Shown here piece by piece: positions 61,723 through 64,000 of a DNA stretch of 64,000 nucleotides. This DNA is from Botryllus schlosseri. Lineage: Eukaryota. The notes beneath the pieces are model-generated. The model was not told where the DNA came from, did no database searches, and saw only the letters and a list, made by a program, of their open reading frames with translations. Every line of letters starts with the position of its first letter. Position 1 is the stretch's first letter. The translations under genes were made by a program, and so were the position numbers. Location: positions 3,162,001-3,226,000 of the forward strand of contig CM119386.1 of NCBI GenBank assembly GCA_051294905.1, given 5' to 3'.

Positions 61723-61803
61723 AAAATATTGCGTGCGGCAGTTACGCCAGTGCTCTTTCCTTCCCTCCACCCTGCCCGAGTATTACCCCGTGACAGCAAA
61801 ACA

Positions 61804-61977
61804 ATTCCAACCAGTGGAAGCGGAGTTATTGCCGTCGAAAAATTTGGAGTTTGAATAAAATAGTATTTACGGTGACCGATTCTTTGTTTATTTATTATAA
61901 TTGTTCTCACCGTAAATACTATTTTATTCAAATCCAAATTTTTCGACGGCTATAACTCCGCTTCCACTCGTTGGAAT
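61804..61977. repeat. Foldback (long inverted repeat)
   Basis: ~71-bp arms 61804-61875 / 61907-61977 with 2 mismatches and 1 indel; 31-nt spacer. Confidence 0.9.
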
Positions 61978-62379
61978 AGAACCAAATTTGGTGAGCATCG
62001 TTTCTATAGACAGCCTAACACTTTCATGGGGTGAACAGAAAATTTTCAATTTTTTTATTATTTGTTTTTATATAACAAATCGAAACTTTCTTCTCCTGTA
62101 GCAAAGCGGTTACTGGCTGGAATTGAACCAAATGTTGTGTGTAGGCTTAAATTAGGTAACCTAACAATTTTATTGAGTAGCCAGTACGATTTGTGAAAAA
62201 AAGTCATTTTTGAAGAGCCCTATTGTGCAGTCCATATTTTTGGATTTCTAAATCTCTCTGTAGTAGTTATAGTTCGAGCACTGTATTTCATACAATGGGA
62301 ACTATTCATTGCAGTCTTGACTCTTGAGTTCTTTATACTCCCTTTTTGCGTAATGAAATGATACATTCACTCTCTCAAC

Positions 62380-62878
62380 TAGGGCTGGACAAAATCGAGT
62401 ACCTGGGTGATTCGATTCCGTATCACGTATTACGCTTCGAGTCTAGTATTCGAGTATCACGCATTATGACGCCACAACAGAATGTACTATGTCAAAGTTC
62501 AAATATGTACCTTTTATTCTACCACAAAGAACATAATGCCTGTTATCCGTGACATTAAAGATACCTTGGTATTTTTCGACCATACCGATTTCATTGCACT
62601 TCTTGACAATGTTGTGGGATGATCATGACTTCGGAAATGCGTTATTTCCAGTAACGTACGTAGCTTTGCACTATTCTGCGACACGGCCAATCAAGGTTTC
62701 AAAGCTTCCTCAGTTTCAACAGTATCAAAACTATAATTCTTGATAGTAAATTAACATTCAGTGGCGAGGAGCGTATAATTTTAGTATTCGAAAAAATTGT
62801 CTTTTACTACTCGACTCGAATCATTAAAACTTATACTGTATTCAGATTCCAGTACTCGAATCATTGTGCCCATCCCTA
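62380..62878. mobile_element. hAT-type MITE, same family as 19359-19844 (inverted)
   Basis: TAGGGCTGG / CCATCCCTA; perfect TSD CTCTCAAC. Confidence 0.88.
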
Positions 62879-63298
62879 CTCTCAACCTCCCATGCGATGA
62901 ATCTGATATATTGGAAATTTCACATAATAAAATTCTTTAATAAAGGCTGATTCAAATAGCATCAATAATAATATTAAACAAGTGGCTAAAGTCGTTCTAT
63001 TCGTACCTATCTATATAGATATGCCGATATTTTATCAATTAATAATGACGCAGCAATCTACTACCATCAAGGTATTTCCGTAATGAAATGGACAACGCCG
63101 AATACGATTGAACACAATAAGAACTGAAATTTGTGAAAAGAAATAGAATATAAATAACATCAACAATCAGCATTCCTCGACACCGTTGAAGGAGTGCGAA
63201 ACGTTATTCCTCTTGCTTGAACTCGGACACGTTGATAATGATTTATGATCATGATCATGCTTGTCTCGTAATCCAGCATATTGTAAAATCATCGTTTC

Positions 63299-63354
63299 TC
63301 ACCACGCACAGGCTTCCGTAGCACCGTCACAACCCCATTCCTTCAACGCGATAT
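63299..63354 (-). CDS. Possible terminal exon of a gene continuing beyond the window (IALKEWGCDGATEACAW*)
   Basis: Pyrimidine-rich acceptor TTTATCCCTAG followed by an open frame to TGA. Confidence 0.3.
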
Positions 63355-63498
63355 CTAGGGATAAATACAGAATATTGACAGGAAACTTGACTATTATCAG
63401 AACTAATAGCGTATGTGTCTGTCACTCACATCAACATTATAAATCTCCATTAAGTTTAAGTAAATTCCTGTGTTTAAAGTAGCCACAATTCAATCGAA

Positions 63499-63987
63499 CA
63501 AAGGTTGAAATGACTCGAGTCGCAATTTTTAGTTGACTCGACTTGACTCGAGTCAATTTGTCTATTGACTCGACTTATACTCGAGTCATTGCGCATGAAT
63601 CGACCAAGTCAGATGACTTGCGACATTCTATATGACTTATTCTAGTCTCAAATATCAGGAGTGAAAATTTTAAAATAGGCCCAGAAACTGTCTTTTATCT
63701 GTTTGAATAAACATGTTTAGAGTGAGAGAGAGGACTATATTATGAATCCGAGGCATTCGATATCATCCGAGAGTTTCACAGAAGTGAATTGAACCTGACT
63801 TGAACTTGATATTAATGACAAGTAAGCACTACGACTTGGACTCGAGTCTTAACACTATGACTCGAACTCCGCCCGTTGCCCCCGGCTTGAACTCGGACTT
63901 GACTCGGTGGTTGATTGAAAATGACTTGACTTGACTCAAGTCTAAACTGTAAAAGTCAAATCAACTTGTGACTTGGTTACAACCCTG
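63499..63987. mobile_element. GACTCGAGTC-repeat MITE
   Basis: Ends GTGACTTGGTTACAACCCTG, identical to the end at 12474; degenerate left TIR. Confidence 0.8.
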
Positions 63988-64000
63988 AGGTAATGCTGGA

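Overview
Eukaryotic, AT-rich, intron-containing genomic DNA. It is probably from a marine invertebrate, which is an inference from gene content and TE types. There are no prokaryotic operons, rRNA genes or CRISPR arrays. I rebuilt three spliced genes by hand from GT-AG junctions with consistent phases. (1) A complete 5-exon, 538-aa, TIR-less LRR type-I membrane protein (minus, 8900-18794). (2) ANKRD45 (plus, 25956-32237, last exon not found). (3) A divergent PDE9-like phosphodiesterase (minus, core 36881-41386, tentative 5' exons up to 54207). The rest is a dense, often nested TE landscape. It includes hAT-like MITEs with 8-bp TSDs, a CACTA MITE, a fossil Charlie transposase, and an internally deleted P element (THAP) nested in a hAT-like element. 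It also includes two microsatellite-tailed short retroposon families, a tRNA-derived head and LINE RT relics. The strongest unexplained signals are an anonymous block of decayed ORFs at 48.3-52.6 kb, ~40-bp hairpin elements with 7-bp direct repeats, 14 copies of the palindrome TAGGCCTA, and a 174-bp foldback. All protein family calls come from motif recognition by eye; no searches were run.
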